Source: Asterias rubens
Lineage: Eukaryota
Direction of reading: 5' to 3'
Assembly: GCF_902459465.1 (NCBI RefSeq)
Contig: NC_047073.1
Location: 2,976,001 to 3,040,000 of the forward strand
Length of the DNA stretch: 64,000 nt
Positions 22,601 through 35,123 of this stretch are shown one piece after another. Within the stretch, counting starts at the first letter, position 1; each line of letters starts with the position of its first letter. Position numbers and translations under genes: made by a program. Under the pieces are notes generated by a model. The model saw nothing but the letters and a program-made list of their open reading frames with translations, was not told where the DNA came from and did no database searches.

Positions 22601-25400
22601 TTGTTCAATGGCATGATAAGGATGATAATAAGAGGAACTCGGTTGATAAGATGAAATGTTATGTGCCATATTGCTCCCACCAATCTCTCTCATCGGATAT
22701 TTTTCGTACCTGTGTGTAAGCTTTTGGTCTCCGCCTTCTCTTTTTTCCAAAGAGTTTTTTTTTTTAAGTCAGCCTCATTCAAAAACAAGTTACTTTTTCT
22801 CCCTCTTCCCGCATTGATTGTCTTTTGTTTTGGGATCACAGATGAACTTGAGGAATATTTTCCATGATTTACAGTTACACAATTTTATTGTAAAGGTAGT
22901 TTGTTTTATCACTAAACGCTACAAAGATGCGGCATCATTCATAAGTTTAACTTCCCTCGTCGGTGACTGCATGGGGCACCCTTGACCCTCCTCAAAAAAA
23001 CTACCAAGCCCTCCCTAACCTAAACTTAAACTTAGTTGTGGACATTTATAATCTATAAGAATTCTAATACGATAGTTTGTTAAACTTCATGCTTAATTTG
23101 ATTTAGCCTGCCTGAGCTATCATGGAGATCACTCACTTCGTTTTGAATTTTAGACCATGGACATTGATTTTAAGATTGTAGTGTGAGATCAATGTGTGAA
23201 TTAACTACAGAACATTTCCAACCAATAGAAGGGACCATCCTTTCTCTATGATCCAACCATGGAGGTAGAAATATGATCCAACTTCTACCTCCATGATCCA
23301 ACAAACACAAGCTAACACTTGCCACGAATTGTGGAAGGTTTGTTTTTTAATACCAACCCCCACGGATACCAACCACAACGTAATGCAAGTCATCGTTGGC
23401 TTGCTCTATAAAGTACAATAAATGAATCGATGATCAAATTCTTTATTTGTTCATGGTTCAACCCTCCTAACATTCCCAGTGAGGTCCGTAGCACTACCCG
23501 TTAGTATCCATCGACTGCCCAATATCTATGCCTTTAATTTTCAACCCATAATTATTTCGCTTGACACCATACAACATGCCAACGTGTACAATAATGTGCA
23601 AGCATGCATGGGCATGTTTGTGTAGTACGACTACGCGGCCATTGTAGTAATACAGCTAGCCAGCAGTAAGTGAATCAGCTGCCCACACAATGGTCAACAC
23701 GATGAGTCATGGGGTTTCCCACACTAGTATCGTGATACTACTCATCATTGCTCTCTTTCTGGCAAATGATATTATAAGTCTTATAGGAGGGCATGTCCTA
23801 CAATGGTGTACAGTTACAAATAACGTGTTGAATGTACTACCGTCAGTGTGTTGTAGTTTTGATCTTGTGTTGTTATGTTTTATGATTCAAATGTAGACCA
23901 CATAACCAGGATCTAGGAACGTGCATACATTGAATACGGATATAAAGATCAGTTTGCAATGTACACTAAACCATCGTGAGAGGCCGGCCGTGTGTGATTT
24001 ATTTAGGAGCAAGCTAGTTCACTATAGGAATGTACCAAAGTCCTTGTACGAGATAGCCTAGACATCATTTTAAAGTGCGTCGACCACCATGGCAGAGTAA
24101 TTTGAATCTCCATGATCATACAGGGGGAAATGGTTTGATAAAATGTCAATTTTAGTCAAGCCAAAAAGATAACCATAACTGAGTGACGTACTTCTGAAAA
24201 ACAAAACTATATTTATGTTGATCTGAAGTTCTAAATTGAATACAATTTCTCGGGAGAAAAACAACCGCTGTAATATCAATCCAAGATGTATGACTTGTCT
24301 TCAACAAATTTGGAACCCACGAAGTTAAAACATTGTTCTTCACAGAATGCCGAATGCACCCACAAACACTAACGAATAGGAAATTGTAAAAAAGTTGAAA
24401 TTGATGTTGTCGTATGTGCGAATGTTCTAGAAACATTCGGTTCCGTTTCCTAGCCGATGGCTAATACCTACCATAGCAGGGAATGGACATACTATGTTTT
24501 CTGTGACCTACATGAACATGCACATGAAAGGATTTACATGTATATCCTATGTCCTTCGTTTCTCTGAACGTATTTCCTAACATTGCAACACAATGGCCCC
24601 TACGTCAACTTCGAACTATACAATTCACGGACTCACGTGATGCCGCTTTACGTTCAATGGAAAAGCAACGTCACATGACACGTGACATCGGTAGCTTGGG
24701 GTGTCCTTACTCTATGGTATTTTCAACCAACAGACCGCGGTGTTCTTTGAAAACCATATTATTATTTAGATTGTAGAAATCAATACGAGTTTTGAGAAGA
24801 CTACGAGGTATCGATGGAAGACATACTTTGTCAGTTGTAATTATATCGTTGAAAAATAATGTGTAACTGCGAACTGATATTATGTTCGATTCAATCTGTA
24901 TCAATTAACTCAGTGTTTGTAGGATCACTTTTTATAGCTCCATGGTAGGATCATTAGAAAAGGGTTTTTTTCCGCCGAAATAAGAAGATACTTGTTTTTC
25001 AAAGGATGTGTTACACGTGTGAAATAACTGCTTTGTAAATGGGCCGAATGTAGTGTTCCGTGGTAAGATGTGTTTTGTGCCAGCATGGAGGAAGGGTTCC
25101 ATCGACATGTACATCCTTGGTTCCACCATGGTTCCACCATGGTTGCGTTCCATTTGCCGTGGGTGGTCCTACATGTATATAACTTGAACAAAGCACCCCC
25201 CCCCCCCCCCCAATTTGATTATCGAAAATAACTACTCGACCCAACCAGCCACTCTACATCACGTTTCGAAGTGTATACCAAACGACCACAGGACCAGAAA
25301 ATACATTGGTATTTTCACAAACTGCAGTAAACCTATTACATGTATATGTGTTGTGTATGTGAAAGGAAGCGTCAGCAGACGCGAGACAGCGACACTTTTA

Positions 25401-25417
25401 CAGCGCCCTCTCGCGGC
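25401..25417 (-). promoter_or_regulatory. CTCF-like motif
   Basis: Reads GCCGCGAGAGGGCGCTG on -, close to the CTCF core CCRCNAGRKGGCRS. Confidence 0.5.
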
Positions 25418-28269
25418 AAATGTGCGTGTAAAAATAAACGACAGAGTACAGATTTTAACATTTCTACTTATTTGGAGAGGGGGGGTACACTTGTAGTAGT
25501 AAAAATGTATGGGTGGATATTGGGCAAATGTTTCTTTGATTTTGAGTATTCTCTGGAGGAGAGAACTAGAATAATTTTTTTAAACAGTGAACTAAGATTT
25601 ATTGATGATTACCAATCCTGTACTTGTTATATTTCAAAATACTTTATATAAAAAAAACTTTTAAAACATATTCATTATGACATTAGACATTGTTTAGTAA
25701 GTAGTAGTAGTTGGGCGAGAGGTTGTCTTCAGTCAACGCCATCTCTGGATCTCCTGATTAATAAGAAGATCTGCATTTTACAAAATATGTTTCATTTCCT
25801 CAAGGATTTTGCAAGTCAATCTTACACACTTACAGTAACACTTCTGCTTATCTTTTTCTAAGTAATTTGGGACTTAATACGAATTCAAAATTGTCATTGC
25901 AAATATTGCTAAAACAAATATTTGTTACAGCAATTAGTTCATTGCAAAGATACCCTTGCCTGTTGAACTAACCAATATTTTGTCTATTTCATGTATAATT
26001 AATTTTGGGTCATTGAGAAACTATGTCCTAAGGGACCCATACTGACGGACAATCAACAGACAAACCCCCCCCCCCCTCACAAGGTCAGGTTTGACCATGG
26101 GGATTGGCAAGCATGACTCAATAGTTTTTTTTCCTGGTCATTACATGTTGCTGTAATTTTGCCTCCTTGCCAACTTGCGTTTATCAGAGATCTGACAATT
26201 TAGAGGTCATCCTGGTGACCCAGCATAACTGTCATGGTGTCCGAGCCAGCCATAACTTGTCTAGAGTGTCTCCATAGACACACTCATTTTTTTGTCTTTT
26301 TTTTTTTGTCCTATTCAATTCCCCTTTTGTAATTAGTAACACAGATAATGCTGACATTGGCTCCAAAATAATTACTCACTTTAGGCCACTTGGGGGTTCA
26401 AAACAAATTAAGTTAGAAAAAGCTGTAGTTTCACCCATCCACCCCCCCCCCCCCCCTTTTTGTGGATTTAACCTCAATGACGATAGGCAGGACTTGGTTA
26501 GACTTGGACCCAGTTACACTCCACAATTTAATATCAGACTCAGTCAGACAACAGGTACTCAACTTGGGTACTTGTATTGTAACTTAACTAGCTGGCCATG
26601 CTGACAATACCTTTGGCATCCAGTAGATTCACAGTCAGTGGTACTATCATTATCAACTGCATTGTACAGTATGTTCCTCGCCATACGTTGTAGCATTGCG
26701 TAGCCGTAGAAAAACGGGCATGACAGGGCACTGCTGGTGGTTCTGGTTTAGTTATTTTTAATCGTCCTTGTTGATTTTGATTTGGATTTGATAATTGATA
26801 ACCGGCATGACTGGGAGCAACACTCAGTCAATGTGATGCTCGTGACAATTGTCACAGAGGTAGAGCCTTGACTCTTGAGCATGTTGAGTTAGACTGACTT
26901 ACAATCATTAAATTTTTTATTATAGAGTTTCAGAGTAGAGTCACGATCTAGAACATGGTTTTTTAATTTCTGCAGCATGGGTTGTTGTCAGGCCTACAGG
27001 CTTATGTAAAATCTGAGGATTTATTAACTTAGTTCACAGACACAGGTCCTTACATTCAAGTTGACTTGAATTTATTAACTTTTAGTTTTATTCATTTCTA
27101 ATTATAATTTTTGTTTTAATTAATCTGACCATGGAGCTGGTAGACTGACTCTGCTGAAGGTTCTGATTGAAAAATTAGATTTTATTTTTAGTTAGGAGAA
27201 AAATGAATAGGCCTACATTCACAATTTGCAAATAAAAAAGATGCTGTGTTGCACTACTTACCTCTGTGTGTTAGCAAAAATGCTCACTTTGAAGATGTTT
27301 ATATTTTAGTATAGAACTTTTTGCTGAGACCTGTTTGTGTGAAGAAAAAGGTGACACAAAGTGTCTAAATCCGAGCACCACTGATGACTGACACTTTCGG
27401 GCAGACGACATTTTTTGTTTCCACTTTTTGCATTTCGCGCTTACATTACGCATGCGCACAACAATGACAATAAAGTATCAAAAGAGGGCGCTATGCAACT
27501 TTCTCGATCAGACATAAAGGTTCTTTATGTCTGTGCAACCATGTGCAACTACCACTACAAAATAGTTGCAAGATGTGGGGCCTACCCGTCGATGATTAAT
27601 TTGGGGGGTTAAAACACTTTTAAGTGATTCCAATTGGGGAAAATTACGTTGTTGTGAAAGAATCTTCAAAATCATGTCAAACATTGTGGAAAGCAGCGTA
27701 TAACAAAAGTAATACTCCACTTAGAATTCGCGTAAAGAAATGCAGCCGCGGGACTCGTTCGAAAATTCTTGTTTGTTTAAAAAACATTTAAACTGGAGTT
27801 ATTAATATTGTTCGCATTTATTCATAATCTTCAATCAAACTTTTATGTTGCCTCTTTTAATTTAAACCATGCTAGCTAGGGCATTTGAGCAAGACAACTA
27901 TTTTCTTTATCACATGCTTTTTAGGGGAGGGGGGGGGCTGTAGTAAAACTTTACAATTATTTTGTACAAACTCTGCCTCTCTGCACCCAAATAAAACATA
28001 TTCTGATGACAACACGAACAAAACAAATAATTGTCAAAAGATTCATATTTTGGAGGGGAAAAAACAGTGCGCGCGGAGATGGGATGGTCTGCCCGGATGT
28101 TTTCCACTCTCAGACCCGTGAGCAGGGTACAATTTTTCAGGCGTCTCTAACGCTCACATCTCTCGGTCTGCACAACGGTTAAGGGACGGTTTGGTGAAAA
28201 TGTTAGATAGCCAACATTTTATGGAAACACAAATGGCGTAAAAAAAAATTAAAAAATTAACTAATCTTG

Positions 28270-28884
28270 CTTATGGGCCGCCGACCGAGAGCTGTGATCC
28301 ACTCACGCAACTCGTTGCGTGACGACCGGTAAGCTGAGATGTATTGGCCTATTACTCTGGTGCTCAGACTTCATGAAACCTTCTCCACAAAGGCCATAAT
28401 TGCAGATGAATTCAGGCTTTAAAGTATAACCCTTTCCCCTCAGAATTGGGGGAAATGCTTTATGAAAACAGCCAGCAAATCGGTTGGGAAATAATACCGA
28501 TAGGCCTATGCTTCTTTTCTGGGGATAGGAATTATTATAGCAACAATTCCAAACCTGCCAAAAATCGAAAAGAAATCTGAAGTTTAGTATTGTGAAAAAT
28601 ATAATATTTGATAGGTTTATTTCAATGGTCTGAGAGACTTTAAAATATTTATGTGTGGTAATTTGAATAGCATTTGGTATTGAATTTACTAGCATTAATG
28701 AGCCACATGACTTTATTAGCGTGATGGTCACAGATCACCCAGCCTAGCCTGTGCCTGCGTGGAGAGCACAGACATAAAGAACCTTTTGTCTGTGGTCGAG
28801 AGCGTTGTGTATAGCGCCCTCCTTCGACGTAGCGTGCCTAGTAACCTAGACACTCGTGATTACTTCCTGGTTGACGGCATGCAT
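28270..28884 (+). promoter_or_regulatory. NXNL2 promoter region with candidate non-coding first exons
   Basis: CpG-richer blocks ending in donors CCG|gtaagc (28328) and CAT|gtaagt (28884); acceptor ccttaccctatcag| at 29820 lies upstream of the ATG. Confidence 0.4.
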
Positions 28885-29862
28885 GTAAGTTTTTCCGTCG
28901 ACTTTCTAACCGGTGTAATTTTACATAACAATGTTGACAACCGTCGGGTTGTCTGGGACAAGTTGTAAAGGCAAATCAAACTATCCATTTAAATTTTAAT
29001 AGTGTATAGATAGACGTCAAGTTGGTGTTGCTGTCAGAGTGTGGGTTTGGGTCACAGTCTCATTTACTTAACACTTTTATTATTGCTTGAGCAAGTGTAT
29101 TTAATAAAACATGATTACTGCTTTGCCCTTTGACACTGAGCATGTAGCTCCCATGTGTTGGATAACTTTCCGTATGGCGCCACCACTTATTCACACATTT
29201 TTACAAAAAGGGATATCTCATTGAGGTAAATTAGATACTATATTATTTCATATCGAATTAAGAAGTGGTGGCGCCATACGAAAACTTTTCCCAAGAACCA
29301 GTTGTCAACAAGGAGGCCAATATTACCTGGTACCCAACACATTTGGTTGATCATGGGTACCAGTTGGTATCATCAGCCGCTAGTCAACAAATGGTCATTA
29401 ATATGCAAACTTGGTCGATGTGTGCAACTCCTTGTGTAGTAATCGTTATTGTTTCAATTAACTCCCACTTTTCCAGATGCCTGGAATTTCATCTTTGAGA
29501 GGGCAAGGCCATTTTGATTTTGCCAAATCTCAAGTGTGTGGGAAACGATGGGTCGAGACCAGGGCACCAGGGGCCATGGTCAATGTCAGCTTCATTGGAC
29601 TCTGCATAGTTCCAGAAATCCTAGTTTCCTGTCTAATTTCTCTTCTAATCGTTTTCCCGTCTTTTTTTATTTGTTCAATTTTGCAGTGGGCCAGGGCGCA
29701 GCTTCACACGATTTTCTGACGAAGCTTGAATGAATTCATTAAGACCATAATATCACCAAGTCTTGCTGTAGGGTTCCCAACACCTCTTCTGCCAGGATAT
29801 TGTGCACCTTACCCTATCAGGCAAAAAGTCGCTGGACGTCTGTGGAGCAGACACTGACCATC

Positions 29863-30155
29863 ATGGCCGAGCTGTTTCAAGGGAAGACACTTTCAAGCAA
29901 AACGCTTTCCGAGGTGGACATACAGGAGGCATTGCAGAATCGTGTGGTAGGGCTGTACTTCTCAGCAGCATGGTGTCCTCCATGTAGACAATTCACTCCA
30001 ATGCTAAGAGAGGTGTATGAGGAACTCAGGACGCGGGGAGCACCGTTTGAGGTCGTGTTTGTTTCCTCGGACAAAACTTCAGAGAATTTACGGCAATACA
30101 TGATGGATGAACATGGCGACTGGTTGTATGTTCCCTTTGGAGATCCCTTAATAAG
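29863..30155 (+). CDS. NXNL2: NXNL2 coding exon A
   Basis: ATG in accATCATGG context; ends ATAAG|gtgat. Confidence 0.92.
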
Positions 30156-30702
30156 GTGATAATTACATTATTTCTATGCTGACAACCACACAAAAATGAA
30201 CCCCTTGCACAATGTGCATCGCACCTACAAGAGCTCATCCTGTCCGCCATTTTGAGGGGGGTCTTGACTGATCTATTAAGCCCGGCCCACAAAGTTGTGC
30301 AACAAGGTTTTTTTCTCTTGCAACTTAGATGACCAATTGAGTTCAAACTTTCACCGGTTTGTTATTTAATGCATTGTTGAGATACACCAAGTGAGAATAC
30401 TGGTCTTTGACAATTACCAACAGTGCCCAGTGTCTTTAATCAATTCACAGCCCATCAGCTAAGATCAAAGAAATTACCAATTATGTGCAATGAAACCTCT
30501 CTATTCCGCAAACATAATAAGATTTTCCTCTTTCTGCTTTTCCTTTAGTGAGCTAAAGAGCAAGTACAGCGTCACTGCCATACCCCAGCTCATTATCATC
30601 AAACCAAATGGAGACATCATAACCCCTCTAGGACGGAAACACATCCAGGATCGCGGTGTATCCTGTTTCACCAGTTGGTCACAGACAATGGAGAAACACT
30701 GA
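29863..30702 (+). CDS. NXNL2: Nucleoredoxin-like protein 2 (RdCVF2-like thioredoxin), join(29863..30155,30549..30702), 148 aa
   Basis: ALQNRVVGLYFSAAWCPPCRQFTP, PFEVVFVSSD, HGDWLYVPFGDP, KYSVTAIPQLIIIKPNGDIITPLGRKHIQDRGVSCFTSW closely resemble vertebrate NXNL2; phase-2 GT-AG intron restores the frame (293+154=447 nt). Confidence 0.93.
30376..30440. mobile_element. Terminal fragment of the abundant Kolobok-type MITE inside the NXNL2 intron
   Basis: gttgagatacaccaagtgagaatactggtctttgacaattaccaacagtgcccagtgtctttaa matches the end of the 48374-48762 copy. Confidence 0.7.
30549..30702 (+). CDS. NXNL2: NXNL2 coding exon B
   Basis: tttctgcttttcctttag|T GAG CTA AAG... to TGA at 30700-30702. Confidence 0.92.
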
Positions 30703-32030
30703 GGGTTCAGACAGATGCGTAGGTTGCTCCTAGAAGGTACACATGCAGCGGACAATCAGATTTATAGAGCTGCTAAACACACAATTTACCATGGCTCGGG
30801 AAATTACCTTTCTCTGTGGTTAAACAGTGGCGAGCAATCAACTTGGATTTCTGTGTGATGTAAATTATGCATATATGTACAGATTTTAAAAGATGAACGG
30901 ATTTGCAGTTAGCTGAATCTAAAATTTACCTCCAGAAAATGAATTTTCTCCAGCAAATAGGGGAATTAATTTTTGGGAACAGTTTTGCTATACATGTATA
31001 TATATATATACAACATAAAGCATTTATATTCAGAAAAGTTCTTTAAGTGTAAAATGCAGTCAAATGTGGGCTGAAAATCAATGACCCACCAGTGCTAAAC
31101 AGTTTCTGTGGCATGTAGCATGCTAGCCTTTTCCCAAGTGATTTTTATTTGTGAGTATGTGTCACTCAATAACATCTGCACACAGTGGTCTAGAGCTCGA
31201 AATTTGAAAGAAAAAAAATCCCCAATATAGCAGTGCTTGGAGCTGAAAGCAGGACCAGAACTTGTTCACAATACTAGAATCAAAATGACACAATGTGACA
31301 CTCACAGTGACACATGACACAATGTCAGGGCAAGTGTCCTGGTGCCCCCTGTTGTTGTTCTGGTGCCCGATTGACATTTTCCTCATTAGAGGTGCACCTC
31401 ACCATGGGGACAATTTCCAGGCCCCTTCAAAAATCAAAGTTCATCGGGCATGACATGTATTTTTGGCATTCATTAAAGAATATCCATGTCTTTTTAAAAA
31501 GCTGAAAATTATCTTGCTCTGAGCTGGCTACATAAAAGTAGATAGATTCCAAAAATCTACTCGGCAAGTAGATACACACATGGTTTTACCGCAAACCAAA
31601 TATATATAGATAGATTCACAAAGCAATTAGGGGTGCCCTGCAGTGACGTGATAACTCTGCAATTTGACCCATCACCCCATCAAAGAAGGCAGCCTAGAGG
31701 CTGTTTTTATGAATGTACATGTACCCTTCAAAAAGGCTAATGATGTATCGAGCCTTTGGGCAAGGCTATCCTAACATGCTCAGCAGAATAATGATATTTG
31801 GCTGGGGGAATTGATCTGCAATGTCACCTCACAGAAATACCCTGTTTTTAATGTTAACTGTTGTGTGATTTTAGTCGCCTTTGAGTGCAATCTCCTTTTT
31901 ATAAAATTATATAAATTATACTTTTATCGTTGGTAGGGGTCTGGTTTTAGTATCTTAAGATGACAGTTTGTATAACTCTGTATAACATTGACAGCCCCTG
32001 TTTAACTTGTAATCATTGTGGAAGATTTAG

Positions 32031-32040
32031 AATAAATAAA
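32031..32040 (+). terminator. Candidate NXNL2 polyadenylation signal
   Basis: Overlapping AATAAATAAA about 1.3 kb after the stop. Confidence 0.35.
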
Positions 32041-32599
32041 AGTAAAACCGACACTTTTGCACCAGAAACATTGGGGAGAATGGTCAGTTTTTTTGTAGTA
32101 ACAAGGTTCCTCAGCTAATTTACCTTAAATACAGTACAACAGGATTCATGTATGTGTCCCACACTAAAGTACAAAGCAATTATAGTTAAAAGCTTTGCCC
32201 GAGGACATAGTTCTCACGGGGTGGGGGGGGGGGGGGGGTGGGTGGTCACCACACTCTGACATCTGGAATTATCTGTTGCACTATAGACCACTCAAAACGC
32301 ACATAAGCCAAGACTCCACAACATTTGTTTGAATAGTATGTGAATTTCATAGGTTACAAAGTCTTAAAGAAAAAAAATACACATTTTGTTTTTAACGCCT
32401 AACCAGGGCAAGTTTTTTTCTGTTGTATTGTGGCGTTTTCAGCATTTAAATCCTTTCCTCTCAGTGGAAAACACTTGTAAGTAGCAATGTCTTTTGGGGA
32501 TTGGTGTTCTTACAAATTTAAACATCAAGCTTCAAATAGGTATATTCAGATGTCTGTGCTGTATAAACTAACTAAAGTGTTGGTGTCCAGGGTATACAC

Positions 32600-32680
32600 T
32601 CCCGAGTGAACGGGACTTGTGTCCTTGGGCAAGGCACTTAACCATAATTGCTTCTCGACCACCAAGGAGTTTATTTGGTT
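32600..32680 (+). mobile_element. SINE central-domain fragment
   Basis: gtgtccttgggcaaggcacttaacc motif typical of metazoan SINE conserved domains (recognised from memory). Confidence 0.45.
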
Positions 32681-32747
32681 CAGTTGAGGGTTGATGCTGT
32701 TGTTGTGAACTACCGTTACATACGACCAACTCGCAAGGTTGAACCCC

Positions 32748-33121
32748 TTAAAGCCATTGGACACTTTCGGTAAACAGTATTGTCCAAGGCCCACACTTCG
32801 TGTATCACAACTTATATATAAATTAACAAAACTGTGACAATTTAGGCTCAGTTGGTCATCGGAGTCGGGAGAAAATAACGGGAAAACCCACCCTTGTTTC
32901 CGCACGTTTCGCCGTGTCATAAAATGTTTTTAAAATAAATCCGTAATTCTCGATGTCGAGAATTGATATTGTTTTAATGTTTTCTCGAAAAGTAAAGCAT
33001 TTCATGGAATAATATTTCAAGAGAAGTCTTTCACCATTACCTTCTGTAAACCCTGTAAGTTATTTGTAAATCTGTGAACTTGTAATTTTGTTTCTGTTCC
33101 GAAAGTATCCAATGGCTTTAA
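32748..33121. mobile_element. Kolobok-type MITE (second subfamily)
   Basis: TTAA-AGCCATTGGACACTTTCGG ... CCGAAAGTATCCAATGGCT-TTAA. Confidence 0.8.
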
Positions 33122-33772
33122 GCCGGTACGCACGGCAGACTAATAAAACAATGGAATTACCAAAACAATTAAAGAACAAGAAAACCAGGCAACGGTTGAA
33201 ACATTCTGTGTACAATAACAATTAATTAAGTAATTTATTTAAAAAGTGAAAGCTTACAAAGAGATGACAAAACTAAGTTAGATATATAGCATAAATCAAG
33301 GCAAAGTTCGTAGATGAACTGAATCAGTTTAACAAAGTAAGAATTCGGCCGAATATCAATGAAATTAGAATATTTAAAAGAAATACCAGTTTTCTTGCTC
33401 TATTGACCCAGGAGTGCTCGGGAACCGGTAGGTAGCCTTCTGTAGTACATCACAGTTAAGGTAGTCCAAGACCCTCAGTACCACGCCCAAAGAACCCCCG
33501 TCCAATAGGGCCGTCAGTCCCCACGGTAGAAGCGGTGAACATCACATCCCAGAGGTTTGCATCGGTCAGCATCCCGTCACGAGCTATGGCATGCATTACC
33601 TTCTATACCGCAGAATTTCTCAAACATGAAAGGAAATAATTGCGGCATTTATCAAAGCACAGTAAAAAAAAAAAAGGAAGGTACCGCTCAGCACACACAT
33701 GCTGGCTACAGGTTTAAAGGTACAAACTGTGACCACATAACAGGACATATCGCTGCCAGCATGGGCTGCCAG

Positions 33773-33949
33773 GGCCAAATTTCATAAAGCATTTTACCAC
33801 AAAAACTTGCTTTAAAGCACATAACAGTATTGCGTGGGAGAAATGGGTTAACAGTTGCATTGTTGTGGCTAGTGCCCCACTCAATTTTTGTTCAGCAAAT
33901 AAATTTGTCAATCAGTATGTTCTGCTTAAAAGCTTGATGAAATTCGGCC
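33773..33949. mobile_element. PIF/Harbinger-like MITE with CAG target-site duplication
   Basis: CAG-GGCCAAATTTCAT ... ATGAAATTCGGCC-CAG. Confidence 0.75.
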
Positions 33950-34278
33950 CAGGGCTGTTTTGCTTTGGGGATAAAGAATATAACTTGTTTTATTGTTATT
34001 ATTATAGCTGCATACTTAACAACTAATGTTTCGATGGCTTCAAGTCAGGTGCACACAGTGCAAACCTTATGGCATGGCAAGCTGATGTTGTAGCAGATCA
34101 GTGGCTGAAATCAAAGTTACAAATAAAGCAATTTCTTACAAAGACGATGTACAGATTCACAAACTATCGGGACAACATTAATTATTAGTTTCTGAAAGCG
34201 CATCAGATTTCAACATTAAATATACAAGTTATAACGCACCAGAGAAACATTTTCGTCAGTAGCTTTCAAAGAATATCT

Positions 34279-34675
34279 TTAAAGGTAATTAGGTAAGTTT
34301 TTTTTGGTAATTGTCAAACACCAGTGTTCTCACTTGGTGTATCTCAACATAAGCATAAAATAACAAGCCTGTGAAAATTTGGGCTCAATCGGTCATCGAA
34401 GTTGCGAGAAAATGATGAAAGAAAAACACCCTGTCATGGTCACACGAAGTTGTGTGCTTTCAGATGCTTGATTTCGTGACCTCAAATTCTAAATCTGAGG
34501 TCATGAAATCAAATTCGTGGAAAATTACTTTTTTTCTCGAAAACTACGTCACTTCAGAGGTAGCCGCTTCTCACAATGTTTTATACTATCAACCTCTCCC
34601 CATTACTCGTTACCAAGTAAGGTTTTATGCTAATAATTATTTTGAGTAATTACCAATAGTGTCCACTGCCTTTAA
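34279..34675. mobile_element. Kolobok-type MITE, main subfamily (reverse orientation)
   Basis: Ends taattaccaatagtgtccactgcct-TTAA; body is the reverse complement of 48374-48762; left TIR degraded. Confidence 0.8.
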
Positions 34676-34950
34676 CGGATAGCTTGATTTTTATCATTGC
34701 ACAAATTTATGCAAGTATCCATAAATAGGCCAGTGTGTCACCATTTGACTCCACATTTCAAATTTGGAATTGCCAAAATCAGGCCTGATACGTATTGGGA
34801 GCAAATGCCCCTGTGCCCCCGGAGTCATTGCCTTGGTGTCCCTTGAAATGTTCAAACACAAATTTTCATATCCATCATTGAGGTGCCCTTTATTAAGGAA
34901 AACTGCTTTTGCCCAGAAATATAAACGATGCAAATTTATCTGCTAAGTGT

Positions 34951-34966
34951 GCTGCCACCTAGCGTT
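34951..34966 (-). promoter_or_regulatory. CTCF-like motif between the convergent NXNL2 and P4HTM 3' ends
   Basis: Reads AACGCTAGGTGGCAGC on -, matching the AGGTGGCAG core. Confidence 0.5.
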
Positions 34967-35123
34967 CCAAAGTCTCACAGTGTGTGATTCAATGTCTACT
35001 CCGTAGTGTCACCAAGAACGCTGCAGAATGAATGATAAATATTCCCGTATTCTCCTCCACCACCAAAGCTGACTCATAAGATACAGGCTCTTTAACTTGT
35101 TAATAGCACAATTCAATTACAAA

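Noticed and set aside
23690-23896. Hydrophobic 68-aa ORF resembling a signal peptide
   Set aside because: Hydrophobicity is expected from T-rich DNA; no promoter, splice or homology support.
29800-29862. ORF-track start of the NXNL2 ORF at 29800
   Set aside because: It begins at a non-ATG codon upstream of a splice acceptor (29820); homology starts at the ATG at 29863.
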